The notes beneath the pieces are model-generated. The model saw nothing but the letters and a program-made list of their open reading frames with translations. It was not told where the DNA came from and did not search any database. This document shows, in pieces, positions 1-8,404 of a stretch of 64,000 nucleotides of DNA (position 1 is its first letter; every line of letters begins with the position of its first letter). This DNA is from Oscillospiraceae bacterium (GTDB lineage Bacteria > Bacillota > Clostridia > Oscillospirales > Oscillospiraceae). Where the stretch lies: positions 11,507 to 75,506 of the forward strand of contig JAFQTS010000032.1 in NCBI GenBank assembly GCA_017408915.1. The letters are read 5' to 3'. Both the position numbers and the translations under genes were made by a program.

Positions 1-1
1 G

Positions 2-160
2 TTCTGCCTGCTCTACACCCCCTGTGCCGCAGCCATCGCCTCGGTAAAGCAGGAACTGGGCGCAACGTGGGCACTGGGCGTAGTGTTCCTCCAGTGCGCT
101 GTGGCGTGGATCTGCGCCTTTGCGCTGCGTATGCTGCTATTGGTATTCGGTGTAATGTAA
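2..160 (+). CDS. feoB: Ferrous iron transport protein B, C-terminal fragment (gene starts before the window)
   Basis: Frame 2 reads FCLLYTPCAAAIASVKQELGATWALGVVFLQCAVAW...M*, matching the FeoB C-terminal LLYxPCxAA motif and final TM helix. Not in the ORF track. Confidence 0.85.
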   Translation, partial: FCLLYTPCAAAIASVKQELGATWALGVVFLQCAVAWICAFALRMLLLVFGVM

Positions 161-164
161 AACG

Positions 165-199
165 AAAAAAGAACCGCTCCACGGGAGCGGTTCTTTTTT
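165..199. terminator. Bidirectional intrinsic terminator between feoB and nagA
   Basis: AAAAAAGAACCGCTCC-acg-GGAGCGGTTCTTTTTT hairpin with A and T tails between convergent genes. Confidence 0.85.
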
Positions 200-212
200 T
201 CTTGTATAAGAC

Positions 213-1346
213 TTACTTCAGCTCTTTACCTGCAAGGAACACACGCTTTTCGCTGTAATCTGCATTGCAGATCAGGAAGTCAGCGACCTTGCCCTCGGTG
301 ATAGAGCCCACAACGCCGTCAGCGCCGATGGCACAGGCAGGGTTGTAGGAAGCGGCGCGAACAGCATCTTCCTCGGCGATACCAAATTTGATGGCATTCA
401 CCAAAGACTGATAAAGGTTCACGGCAGAGCAGGCGATCGTGCCGTCAGCCAAGCGAGCCACGCCTTGACGCAGCCATGCGGACTGACCGCCCAGATCAAA
501 CTCACTGCCCTCTGCCATACCGCAGCAGCGTCCGGAGTCGGACACCAGCACCATACGCTCACCGCCAAACATAGAGAAGGCCAAGCGTACAGAGGCGGGA
601 TGGACATGGAGACCATCGCAGATCAGCTCAGCGCGGACATTCTTATTCTCCACAGCAGCGGGGATCACACCGGGATTACGGTGATGGATACCGGGCATGG
701 CGTTGAAAAGATGGGTGAGATGGGTAGCACCGGCATCGAAAGCCATCTTTGCATCGTCATATGCAGCATCGGTATGTGCCACAGACACCGTGCAAAGCTC
801 CTTTGCCTTTTCGATGAACTCCTTGGCACCGGGCAGCTCGGGAGCCAAGTCCACAATGCGGACAAGACCGCCGCACGCCTCCTGCAGCTTACGGAAACCC
901 TCAAAATCGGGCTCTTTCAGATAGTCAGCATTCTGTGCACCACGCTTATTGTAGGAGAAGTAGGGCCCCTCCATCTGAATACCGCGGAGAACAGACAGAC
1001 CTTCGATATTTTCATCCACCAAGCGGCGGGCATTACCAAATGCTTTGCTGAGATTCTCGTAGGGCAGGGTCATAGAGGCAGGAGCGAAAGAAGTCACGCC
1101 GACGCTGGCATAGTAGGCCGCCATCGCTTTCAAACCCTCGTAATCACCGTCAGAGAAGTCGGAAGCACTGTTGCCGTGGCTGTGGACATCAACGAGACCG
1201 GGGATGACGGTAGCACCCTGCAAATCGATGGCATCAGCGGGAACGACCTCAGGCAGCACTGCGCCGAAGCGGCCGTCTTTTACCTCGAAAGCACCGGTGC
1301 GGAAAGTGAAATCATCACAAAAAATGCGAGCATTTTTATAGAACAT
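213..1346 (-). CDS. nagA: N-acetylglucosamine-6-phosphate deacetylase
   Basis: PGLVDVHSHG, EGPY, LAPE, HTDA, THLFNAM and DGLHVHP amidohydrolase motifs. Confidence 0.93.
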   Translation of the reverse strand: MFYKNARIFCDDFTFRTGAFEVKDGRFGAVLPEVVPADAIDLQGATVIPGLVDVHSHGNSASDFSDGDYEGLKAMAAYYASVGVTSFAPASMTLPYENLSKAFGNARRLVDENIEGLSVLRGIQMEGPYFSYNKRGAQNADYLKEPDFEGFRKLQEACGGLVRIVDLAPELPGAKEFIEKAKELCTVSVAHTDAAYDDAKMAFDAGATHLTHLFNAMPGIHHRNPGVIPAAVENKNVRAELICDGLHVHPASVRLAFSMFGGERMVLVSDSGRCCGMAEGSEFDLGGQSAWLRQGVARLADGTIACSAVNLYQSLVNAIKFGIAEEDAVRAASYNPACAIGADGVVGSITEGKVADFLICNADYSEKRVFLAGKELK

Positions 1347-1371
1347 GGAAAATTCCTCCCAAAGGGTCGGC

Positions 1372-2754
1372 TTACTTCAGAGCGGGCAGGCTGGCAGCAG
1401 CCACGGACTGACCCACACGACGCATCTTCTCATCGGGCAGCGTGACGTTGCACTTCTTAGCAAGCTCGGGATACTCGTCAGCCAAAACCTCATTGCACAC
1501 ACGCAGGATGGTGTCGCCGCCCTTACCGGACATAACGCGGCCCAGCAGCATCATGTAATCCAAATCGTAGAACTGGGAGTACAGCACCACGGTATAGGCA
1601 AGATAAGCACCGATGGTCTCGAAGATGGCAACAGCGCGCGCATCGTCTTCTTCCATCATCTTCTGCACGAACTTCAGCTTCTGAGCCAAAGGCAGATCCT
1701 CAGGGATCTCAATACCGGCAAAGGGTGCCAGCTTGATGACGGCATCCTGAGAGAAGTACTTGCAGCCCACGCCGAAGTCGGTGGACCACTCGTCCTGCAT
1801 AGCGCCCTCCTGCAGATCCACAGGAGCGAAAGCCAGCTCATTGATCCAGCCCAGCACGTTCTGATCCTTATCCACATAGCCCACGGCCTCGGAGGTGCCC
1901 ATGGCCAGACCCATCAGATTGCCCTTGCCCAAGCCGAGAGCACCGGCCAGTGCAGAAACATCACCATCATTGGCAACCAAGATGGGGATATTGGGGTCAA
2001 TTTCAGCAGCGGCGCGATCAAACACCGTCTTGACAAAATCCCATTCGCTTCTGGGAACCTTATAGAAAATGCTGGACACCATGGGGGCGTTGCCGATAAA
2101 CACACCGGCGGAGGAGACGCCGATAGCATCCACGCGAGGCATCTTGGAAGCGGCGGTACGGAAAGCAGTCAGGATCTCCTGATACTGATAGTTGGGATCC
2201 TCATTCAGTTTGGGGAACCACAGAACTTCCTCAGAATAGACGCACTCGCCGTCAATAACAGCGCTGACCTTACGGTCGGAACCACCTGCGTCAAAGCCGA
2301 TGCGGCAGCCATCCATATTGCCGCCCATGGGCTGTGCCACCTCGTTGGCAGCAGGGCACTGATCCAGAGGAAGATCAATCACTTCCAGCTCATGCTCATA
2401 AACCTGATGGAAGAACATGCAGTCAAACTTGCGCTCACCCTCGGGGGTGTAGGCCTTCTGCAGGCGCTGGGCAAGCTCAGAGCATCCGCAGATATACACA
2501 CGGAAGCCGCCGGTGGACCACAGCAGGAACTTCACATAGCGCTCCACATAGCGATAGTCTGCCTCGGCCATCTCGGGCGTGCCGTGGATGAAGGTATGAT
2601 GGACAGAGATACGCTCGTTGTCACGCTCTACAGCGATGGAAATGGGCTGCTTAGCGTCCTTGAGGTAGGCCTCACGCCACACCCCGAAGGGGATAAAGGT
2701 AGGATCCAGCTTGGGAGCATGTTTCATCTCATAATTAATACCTAAGTACTGCAT
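1372..2754 (-). CDS. ROK family protein (long form), probable sugar kinase or regulator
   Basis: GFDAGGSDRK ATP loop, ANDGDVSAL, GTSEAVG, INELAF. RBS GGAGG supports the ATG at 2754. Directly upstream of nagA. Confidence 0.8.
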   Translation of the reverse strand: MQYLGINYEMKHAPKLDPTFIPFGVWREAYLKDAKQPISIAVERDNERISVHHTFIHGTPEMAEADYRYVERYVKFLLWSTGGFRVYICGCSELAQRLQKAYTPEGERKFDCMFFHQVYEHELEVIDLPLDQCPAANEVAQPMGGNMDGCRIGFDAGGSDRKVSAVIDGECVYSEEVLWFPKLNEDPNYQYQEILTAFRTAASKMPRVDAIGVSSAGVFIGNAPMVSSIFYKVPRSEWDFVKTVFDRAAAEIDPNIPILVANDGDVSALAGALGLGKGNLMGLAMGTSEAVGYVDKDQNVLGWINELAFAPVDLQEGAMQDEWSTDFGVGCKYFSQDAVIKLAPFAGIEIPEDLPLAQKLKFVQKMMEEDDARAVAIFETIGAYLAYTVVLYSQFYDLDYMMLLGRVMSGKGGDTILRVCNEVLADEYPELAKKCNVTLPDEKMRRVGQSVAAASLPALK

Positions 2755-2937
2755 CGTGATTTCCTCCAAAATTTCTTATCTTATGTTGTTTTAAAGAATC
2801 AGAACGACATACACATACACTTGTATCATAGCAGATATTACAGGAGATTTCCATAGTATATTTGTGTTTTTGTTGCATTTTCGGAGATTTTTTCAATAAA
2901 AAATCGGCCCGTCCTATAAAAGACGAACCGATGTGTT

Positions 2938-3708
2938 TCACTGGCGGTCAAGACCCAGCTTTTTTAACTCCTCACTCAGCTCAATTTTCCGCTTTTTAAG
3001 AAACGAGCGCAGCTGCTTTTTGTGATGGCACAGCTTCTCGGGACAATTGACACACTTGAGGCTCTCGTTGGTCTGTTCATAAAACCGCTCGGGATGGCGG
3101 TGGTAGATGCCCTCCCAAATGACCAGCAGCACCAAAGCCAAACCCAGCAGACTCCAAGTATAGAGAGAGGGGATAAACAGCAGGGGCGTAAACATCATGG
3201 CGTAGTCCCAGTTATAGATACGGCAGCTGCCGCAGCATTTATTCTTCATAAACCACGTTTGGAAGGGGCAGAAGAACAAAATGCAGATCATGTCGCACAC
3301 GCCGTAAGCCAAGGCCACCAACAGCAGCACCCATTTATCAATGATATGGGTAAAGTAGAGCGCGCCGATGGCGCCGTTCAGTGCGATCCATGCAAAGAAG
3401 ATGGCCCAAATGGGCTTCTCTGAGGGCTTGTCCAGTGCCTTACCTGTGGGCTTATAGTTGCGGGTGAACTGCTTTTGGCAGCCCATGCTCTCGTAAGAGG
3501 AGGGGAAGAGCCGCAGCACCATCTCCACGGCGTAAACCAGCCAAATCAAGCCAAAGACCCAGCGGAAGGTGTGCAGCACATTGCGGGAAAACTCCTCGCC
3601 GCCTAAAAGTGCGATGAGATACAGCACCAGCGCACTTAGCAGCAGCAAAGAGCGATATACCAATTTGAAATAATGCAGCGCAGAAATGCGCGAGAGGCGG
3701 AGTTTCAT
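2938..3708 (-). CDS. Hypothetical multi-pass membrane protein with Cys clusters
   Basis: About 6 hydrophobic segments; CDMIC..FCPF, CCGSC and CVNCPEKLC; RBS AAGGAG upstream. Confidence 0.75.
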   Translation of the reverse strand: MKLRLSRISALHYFKLVYRSLLLLSALVLYLIALLGGEEFSRNVLHTFRWVFGLIWLVYAVEMVLRLFPSSYESMGCQKQFTRNYKPTGKALDKPSEKPIWAIFFAWIALNGAIGALYFTHIIDKWVLLLVALAYGVCDMICILFFCPFQTWFMKNKCCGSCRIYNWDYAMMFTPLLFIPSLYTWSLLGLALVLLVIWEGIYHRHPERFYEQTNESLKCVNCPEKLCHHKKQLRSFLKKRKIELSEELKKLGLDRQ

Positions 3709-3829
3709 ACAGGTCTCCTTCGATCGTTATCTACAAAATTAAAGTATACAAGATAATCTGCGTAAATGCAACAAAAAAGAACGACATTCCCTATGAGAGG
3801 AGTGCCGTTCCAAACTATGTGATTGCAAA

Positions 3830-3958
3830 TTAGAAATAGCGATAGCGCTTCCGCTTGCACAAAAGGAAGATCGCGGTGACAACAACAGCCATGAACTCCG
3901 CCACGATGGTGGAGAGCCAAATGCCGTCCAGTTCCCAAATAAGGGGCAGGAGCAGCAC
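3830..3958 (-). pseudogene. C-terminal fragment of a MATE-family efflux transporter
   Basis: Reads VLLLPLIWELDGIWLSTIVAEFMAVVVTAIFLLCKRKRYRYF*, typical of the last two MATE helices. Similarity stops abruptly near 3960 and no 5' part is present. Confidence 0.7.
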
Positions 3959-4027
3959 CGGGGATGGGACGGTGTTCCAGGGCTTCCTGTTTGATGACAG
4001 GCAGCTTTAAGACTGGGGGCGGCTCCC

Positions 4028-4204
4028 ATGGCAAGGAAGAAGAAAATCAACGACTACGGCACCGGGATACCCTACCATGAGGTGGAGGCTTTGGTCCGTG
4101 TCCTGCTCCCGGAGATACAGGCGTTTTTCAAGAGCGAGGAGGGGCAGAGGGAATACGCCGAGTGGAAAGCGCAGCAACGGGCCGAACAAGAGAACAAGGC
4201 GTAA
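4028..4204 (+). CDS. Small hypothetical protein (58 aa), possibly from a mobile element
   Basis: MARKKKINDYGTGIPYHEVEALVRVLLPEIQAFFKSEEGQREYAEWKAQQRAEQENKA*; G-rich RBS upstream, terminator downstream. Below the ORF-track size cutoff. Confidence 0.7.
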   Translation: MARKKKINDYGTGIPYHEVEALVRVLLPEIQAFFKSEEGQREYAEWKAQQRAEQENKA

Positions 4205-4244
4205 CAAAGGCGGGAACATCTGCAACGATGCTCCCGCCTTTTGT
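4204..4244. terminator. Intrinsic terminator between the small ORF and the low-GC membrane gene
   Basis: ACAAAGGCGGGAACATC...GATGCTCCCGCCTTTTGT hairpin. Confidence 0.65.
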
Positions 4245-4255
4245 ACTTATTTAGC

Positions 4256-4699
4256 TCAACTCTTGGTCTCGTTGTTTGAATTTGTTTCTTTGTCAATATA
4301 TTCTGTAATTTTGCGTTCAAGGCCAATACTATAAAAAACAGAGATTGTGAGCGCAATTACAAAACAAACGACAATCCAAACAGGAATGATAATGTCAAAT
4401 ACAAATCTTATGAATAGAGTTACTGCAAAGAAGCCTCCAGTTATAAACCATGGAAGATTTGTTTTTATCCAAGCGTATTTCCCAAAAAGCTTCTGTGACA
4501 CACTCAGATAATTGTTTTCGATATTATCTTGCCGTTCACTCTCTTGCTTTGAAAGCCCGGCAAACAAGAACTTTGCGGAAAGCCCGATGGAAAGGAACCA
4601 TTGATACAATTCGGCTTTTATGACCCCAAATACAAATAACGGCAAAGGAATAAAAAAGATGATGCCCCATATAAAATATTTTTTATTATATATTTTCAT
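4256..4699 (-). CDS. Hypothetical 4-TM membrane protein, low GC (foreign cargo)
   Basis: AT-rich ORF with two hydrophobic hairpins; RBS GGAGGTG before the ATG at 4699. Confidence 0.75.
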   Translation of the reverse strand: MKIYNKKYFIWGIIFFIPLPLFVFGVIKAELYQWFLSIGLSAKFLFAGLSKQESERQDNIENNYLSVSQKLFGKYAWIKTNLPWFITGGFFAVTLFIRFVFDIIIPVWIVVCFVIALTISVFYSIGLERKITEYIDKETNSNNETKS

Positions 4700-4823
4700 A
4701 TTGCACCTCCACACAGGGATTTATAGGATTGTTTATAATCTTATTATATAGTGCAATAACGGAAAACGCAAGGGCGAGGAGACTAATCCTCGCTCTTTTC
4801 CATCAAAGCACACTTTCAATAGA

Positions 4824-4877
4824 AATGATAAATCCGAACACACTACCCACTTGGATAATGTAGTTCGGATTATCATT
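4824..4877. repeat. Imperfect inverted repeat adjacent to the tRNA-Pro 3' end
   Basis: AATGATAAATCCGAAC...GTTCGGATTATCATT, 15/16-bp arms with one extra A and a 23-nt spacer. Confidence 0.75.
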
Positions 4878-4880
4878 GTT

Positions 4881-4956
4881 TGGTCCGAGTGAGGCGACTT
4901 GAACGCCCGGCCTCTTGGTCCCGAACCAAGCGCGCTACCAACTGCGCTACACCCGG
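4881..4956 (-). tRNA. tRNA-Pro (CGG)
   Basis: Reverse complement folds as a cloverleaf: acceptor CCGGGTG/CACTCGG, anticodon arm CTTGG-TTCGGGA-CCAAG, GTTCAAG T-loop, encoded CCA. Confidence 0.97.
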
Positions 4957-5019
4957 ATGCTGTTGTCAGCCCTACTATTATATGTAGTTTTACTCTCTAT
5001 GTCAAGAGAAAAAGCCTTC

Positions 5020-5049
5020 GTTCTGCGGCATCAAAAGGGGACATATAGT
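5020..5049 (+). promoter_or_regulatory. Candidate sigma-E promoter of spoIVFA-spoIVFB
   Basis: CATATAGT -10-like element at 5042-5049 just upstream of the RBS; -35 is weak; spoIVF is sigma-E dependent in Bacillus. Confidence 0.4.
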
Positions 5050-5071
5050 AGTGGAAAAGGAGGTGTTTGCC

Positions 5072-5938
5072 ATGACGAGAGGAAAGCGTGTGGCGCCCGT
5101 TTCTGCCCGTCCCGACCCCCGTGCAGCAGCCGCCCGCGCCGCCGCAATGGCCCGCGCCCGCAGCGTACGGGGCACTGTCCGCGGCAGCAGGGAAGAAGCA
5201 CAGCTGCAGCCTAAGCCCCGCCGCCGGAAAAGTAAATTCTTGGTGCAGCTGGTGGTCAGTGCCACGGTATTGCTGTGCGTTGTAGCGGCGAAAATCACCA
5301 TGCCCGACATTACCGCAAAGTATAGTGGGGAAGTGCTGCGGCTGATGGGTGAGGAGACAGACTTTGTGGCCGCCTTCTCCGCAGCGGGCCGCGCCATCGG
5401 CGGGGAAGCAGCAGGCGAGGCTATTGAAGAACTGTGCATAGCGGTCTTTGGCAGCGATACTGTGGAGATCAGCACTACCGTGGATCGCACCGATGCCGTC
5501 TACAGTGCCGATACGACCCCTGAGCGGGTAGAGATGCAGCAGCAGATACTGGGCTTTGACTATGTCTGCCCCGTAGAGGGAGAACTCAGCTCCTCTTTTG
5601 GCTACCGTGACCACCCCATGGCGGGACAGGAGCGATTCCATTACGGCCTCGACCTCTCCGCAGAGGAGGGGGCTGTCATCCGCGCCTTTGCCGATGGTAC
5701 GGTTCTCGCCGTAGCGGAGAGTACGGAGTTAGGAAAATATGTGGAGGTCGTCCACGCCAACGGCTATACCACCCTTTACGCCCACTGCAGCCGCATCAAT
5801 GCCTCGGCAGGGCAATCGGTAAAAGCGGGTGACCCCATTGCCGAAGTAGGCAGCACAGGGGACGCCACAGGCAACCATCTCCATTTTGAACTCTGCTGCG
5901 ATGGTACATACCTCAACCCCATCTATTATGTGGTCTGA
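5072..5938 (+). CDS. M23 family peptidase, SpoIVFA-like
   Basis: N-terminal TM; HYGLD, YAHC and HLHFE M23 motifs; overlaps an M50 protease gene. Confidence 0.85.
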   Translation: MTRGKRVAPVSARPDPRAAAARAAAMARARSVRGTVRGSREEAQLQPKPRRRKSKFLVQLVVSATVLLCVVAAKITMPDITAKYSGEVLRLMGEETDFVAAFSAAGRAIGGEAAGEAIEELCIAVFGSDTVEISTTVDRTDAVYSADTTPERVEMQQQILGFDYVCPVEGELSSSFGYRDHPMAGQERFHYGLDLSAEEGAVIRAFADGTVLAVAESTELGKYVEVVHANGYTTLYAHCSRINASAGQSVKAGDPIAEVGSTGDATGNHLHFELCCDGTYLNPIYYVV

Positions 5939-6527
5939 TCGCATGAAAATCGCCCCGTCAGTACCTGCGCTGCTGGCGGTATTGCTGCTGTTATTCCCGC
6001 CTATCTTGCTCCTTGCCGTCCTTTCTGCAGCCCTACTCCACGAACTGGGACATTATACTGCATTGCGTTTAATGAAAGGTCGTGTAAAGCAATTGACCAT
6101 CACACCGTTAGGGGCGGAAATGACGGTGGAAGGGCAGCTCTCCTATCCGAAAGAAATGGCTCTCGCCGCCGCAGGCCCTGCAGTGAATCTATTGTTGGCG
6201 GTGCTGCTGTCCCATTTCGGGACGCGGTGGGAACTGTGCTATCTCTTCGGCGGTGTCCACTTGGTGTTGGGATTGTTCAACTTATTACCCATCCTGCCGT
6301 TGGACGGTGGGATGCTCCTATGGAATACCGCTGCGTGGTGCATAGAACCCTACACCGCTGACCGCGTCAGTGCTATTGTCGGCCTGTTCGCCGCCATGCT
6401 CCTCTCGGGCGCGGCATTGTGGATGCTGCTTTGTGGCGGCAGCCCCTTTTTGCTGATTGCCACATTAGGACTTTTGCGTGTGCCCCTACAGCAAATAGGG
6501 CTTGTCAAACTACGTCAAACAGGGTAG
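5928..6527 (+). CDS. spoIVFB: M50 site-2 protease, SpoIVFB-like
   Basis: HELGH, AGPAVN and FNLLPILPLDGG; start uncertain (5928 or 5943). Confidence 0.8.
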   Translation: MWSDRMKIAPSVPALLAVLLLLFPPILLLAVLSAALLHELGHYTALRLMKGRVKQLTITPLGAEMTVEGQLSYPKEMALAAAGPAVNLLLAVLLSHFGTRWELCYLFGGVHLVLGLFNLLPILPLDGGMLLWNTAAWCIEPYTADRVSAIVGLFAAMLLSGAALWMLLCGGSPFLLIATLGLLRVPLQQIGLVKLRQTG

Positions 6528-6571
6528 AATATATTGATGCAAAACTATCCCTGTAGGATTGGAGAATAGAC

Positions 6572-8404
6572 GTGGATAAACGATTAGAGAGAATTTTACC
6601 CCGCGTGCAGAAGCCTGCCCGCTATACGGGCGGCGAGTATAACGCGGTGATGAAGGACAAGGCGCAGGTGGATACCCGTGTGGCTTTCTGTTTCCCCGAC
6701 ACTTATGAGATCGGCATGTCCAACTTGGGCATGCGTATTCTCTACGGTGTCATGAATGAGATGGACGGCGTTTGGTGCGAGCGCGTGTTTGCTCCTTGGG
6801 GCGACATGGAAGAGGAGATGCGGAAGAATAACATCCCTCTCTTTGGCCTCGAGTCGGGCGACTCCATCACCAATTTTGATATTGTGGCCTTTTCCGTGGG
6901 CTATGAGATGGCGTTCCCCGCCATTCTCAATATGCTGGATCTTGCCAATATCCCTCTTCACGCTTCCGAGCGTGAGGGCTTGACCCCCTTGGTGATCGCA
7001 GGCGGCACTGCCATGTATAACGCCGAGCCCATGGCGGACTTTATCGACATCGTCTCTTTGGGCGAGGGCGAGTATGTGACGGTGGAGCTTATTGAACTGC
7101 ACCGCAAGGCACGCCGCGAGGGATGGAGCAAGCACGAGTTCCTCGTTGCCGCCTCTAAGATCAAGGGTCTCTATGTCCCCAGCCTCTATGACATCAAGTA
7201 CCACGATGACGGAACCATTGAGGAGATCATTCCTCTTGAGGATGCCCCCATTCAGGTGCAAAAGCGCATCGTGGAGGATATGGACAAGTCCTATTTCCCC
7301 GTCAAGACCATCGTGCCCTCCACGGAGATCGTGCAGGATCGTGTGACGCTGGAGCTGTTCCGTGGCTGTATCCGTGGCTGTCGTTTCTGTCAGGCGGGCT
7401 ATGTCTATCGCCCTGTCCGCAACCGTGGCAAGGATCTCTGCCTTGAATACTGCATAGATTCCTGCAACGACTCGGGCTATCAGGAAGTGACCCTCTCCAG
7501 CCTCAGCACCAGTGACTATCCGCCTCTGACGGAGCTGTGCGACGATTTGGAGAATTTCTGCGCCGAGCGTCATGTGAATCTCTCCTTGCCCTCTCTCCGC
7601 GCCGATAACTTCTCTATGGAGTTGATGCAGCGCCTTGCCAAGGGCCGCAAGACGGGTTTGACCTTTGCCCCCGAGGCAGGCAGCCAGCGTCTCCGCGATG
7701 TCATCAACAAGAATGTCACCTTGGATGACCTTTTGCAGTCCTGCCGCACCGCCTTTGCAGGTGGTTACAGCACCGTGAAGCTCTATTTCATGCTGGGTCT
7801 GCCCACTGAAACAGACGAGGACGTGCTGGCCATTGCCGATGTGGCTGCCCGTGTCATGCACGCATGGCGTGAGAGTGCACAGAATAAGCAGCGCGGCATC
7901 CGCATCACCGTTTCTACCTCTTACTTTGTCCCCAAGCCCCACACCGCTTTCCAGTGGGAGCCCCAGATCACCCGCGAGGAGTACGAGCGCCGTGTGAAGC
8001 TGCTCCGTGAGGCCATCACCACCAAGACCGTCACCTACAACTGGCACGATGGCGAGACCTCCTTCCTTGAGGCCGTCCTCGCCCGTGGCGACAGAAAGCT
8101 GGGTAAAGTCCTTGAAACCGCATGGCGTAAGGGTGCACATCTCGACACTTGGGACGATTATTTCTCCCTTGCCCGTTGGGAGGAGGCCTTTGAGGAGTGC
8201 GGCGTTGATCCTGCTTTTTATGCCTATCGTCAGCGTGAACGCAGCGAGGTGATGCCTTGGGCCATGATCGACAGCGGTGTCCACACTGGGTATCTGTGGC
8301 GTGAGCGCAACAAGGCTTTTGAGGGTGTCACCACCCCCGATTGCCGTACCAACTGCAACGCCTGTGGTGCCAACTGTTTGGTGGGAGGTAAGTGCGATGT
8401 CTAA
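6572..8404 (+). CDS. TIGR03960 family B12-binding radical SAM protein
   Basis: KPARYTGGE, FPDTYEIGMSNLG, CIRGCRFC (CxxxCxxC) and a C-terminal Cys cluster. Confidence 0.93.
   Translation: MDKRLERILPRVQKPARYTGGEYNAVMKDKAQVDTRVAFCFPDTYEIGMSNLGMRILYGVMNEMDGVWCERVFAPWGDMEEEMRKNNIPLFGLESGDSITNFDIVAFSVGYEMAFPAILNMLDLANIPLHASEREGLTPLVIAGGTAMYNAEPMADFIDIVSLGEGEYVTVELIELHRKARREGWSKHEFLVAASKIKGLYVPSLYDIKYHDDGTIEEIIPLEDAPIQVQKRIVEDMDKSYFPVKTIVPSTEIVQDRVTLELFRGCIRGCRFCQAGYVYRPVRNRGKDLCLEYCIDSCNDSGYQEVTLSSLSTSDYPPLTELCDDLENFCAERHVNLSLPSLRADNFSMELMQRLAKGRKTGLTFAPEAGSQRLRDVINKNVTLDDLLQSCRTAFAGGYSTVKLYFMLGLPTETDEDVLAIADVAARVMHAWRESAQNKQRGIRITVSTSYFVPKPHTAFQWEPQITREEYERRVKLLREAITTKTVTYNWHDGETSFLEAVLARGDRKLGKVLETAWRKGAHLDTWDDYFSLARWEEAFEECGVDPAFYAYRQRERSEVMPWAMIDSGVHTGYLWRERNKAFEGVTTPDCRTNCNACGANCLVGGKCDV

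Larger units (their letters stand above)
3830..4880. mobile_element. Degenerate integrated-element remnant at the 3' end of tRNA-Pro
   Basis: Truncated gene fragments, a low-GC gene and an inverted repeat abutting the tRNA CCA end. No recombinase remains. Confidence 0.5.

Noticed and set aside
3723-3754. ATCGTTAT half-site as a third ModE-type box
   Set aside because: There is no matching right arm at 12-bp spacing and the adjacent gene has no evident Mo link
3705-4356. Several overlapping 70-110 aa ORFs listed by the track in the island remnant
   Set aside because: They are off-frame readings of the MATE fragment and the 58-aa ORF, without plausible starts
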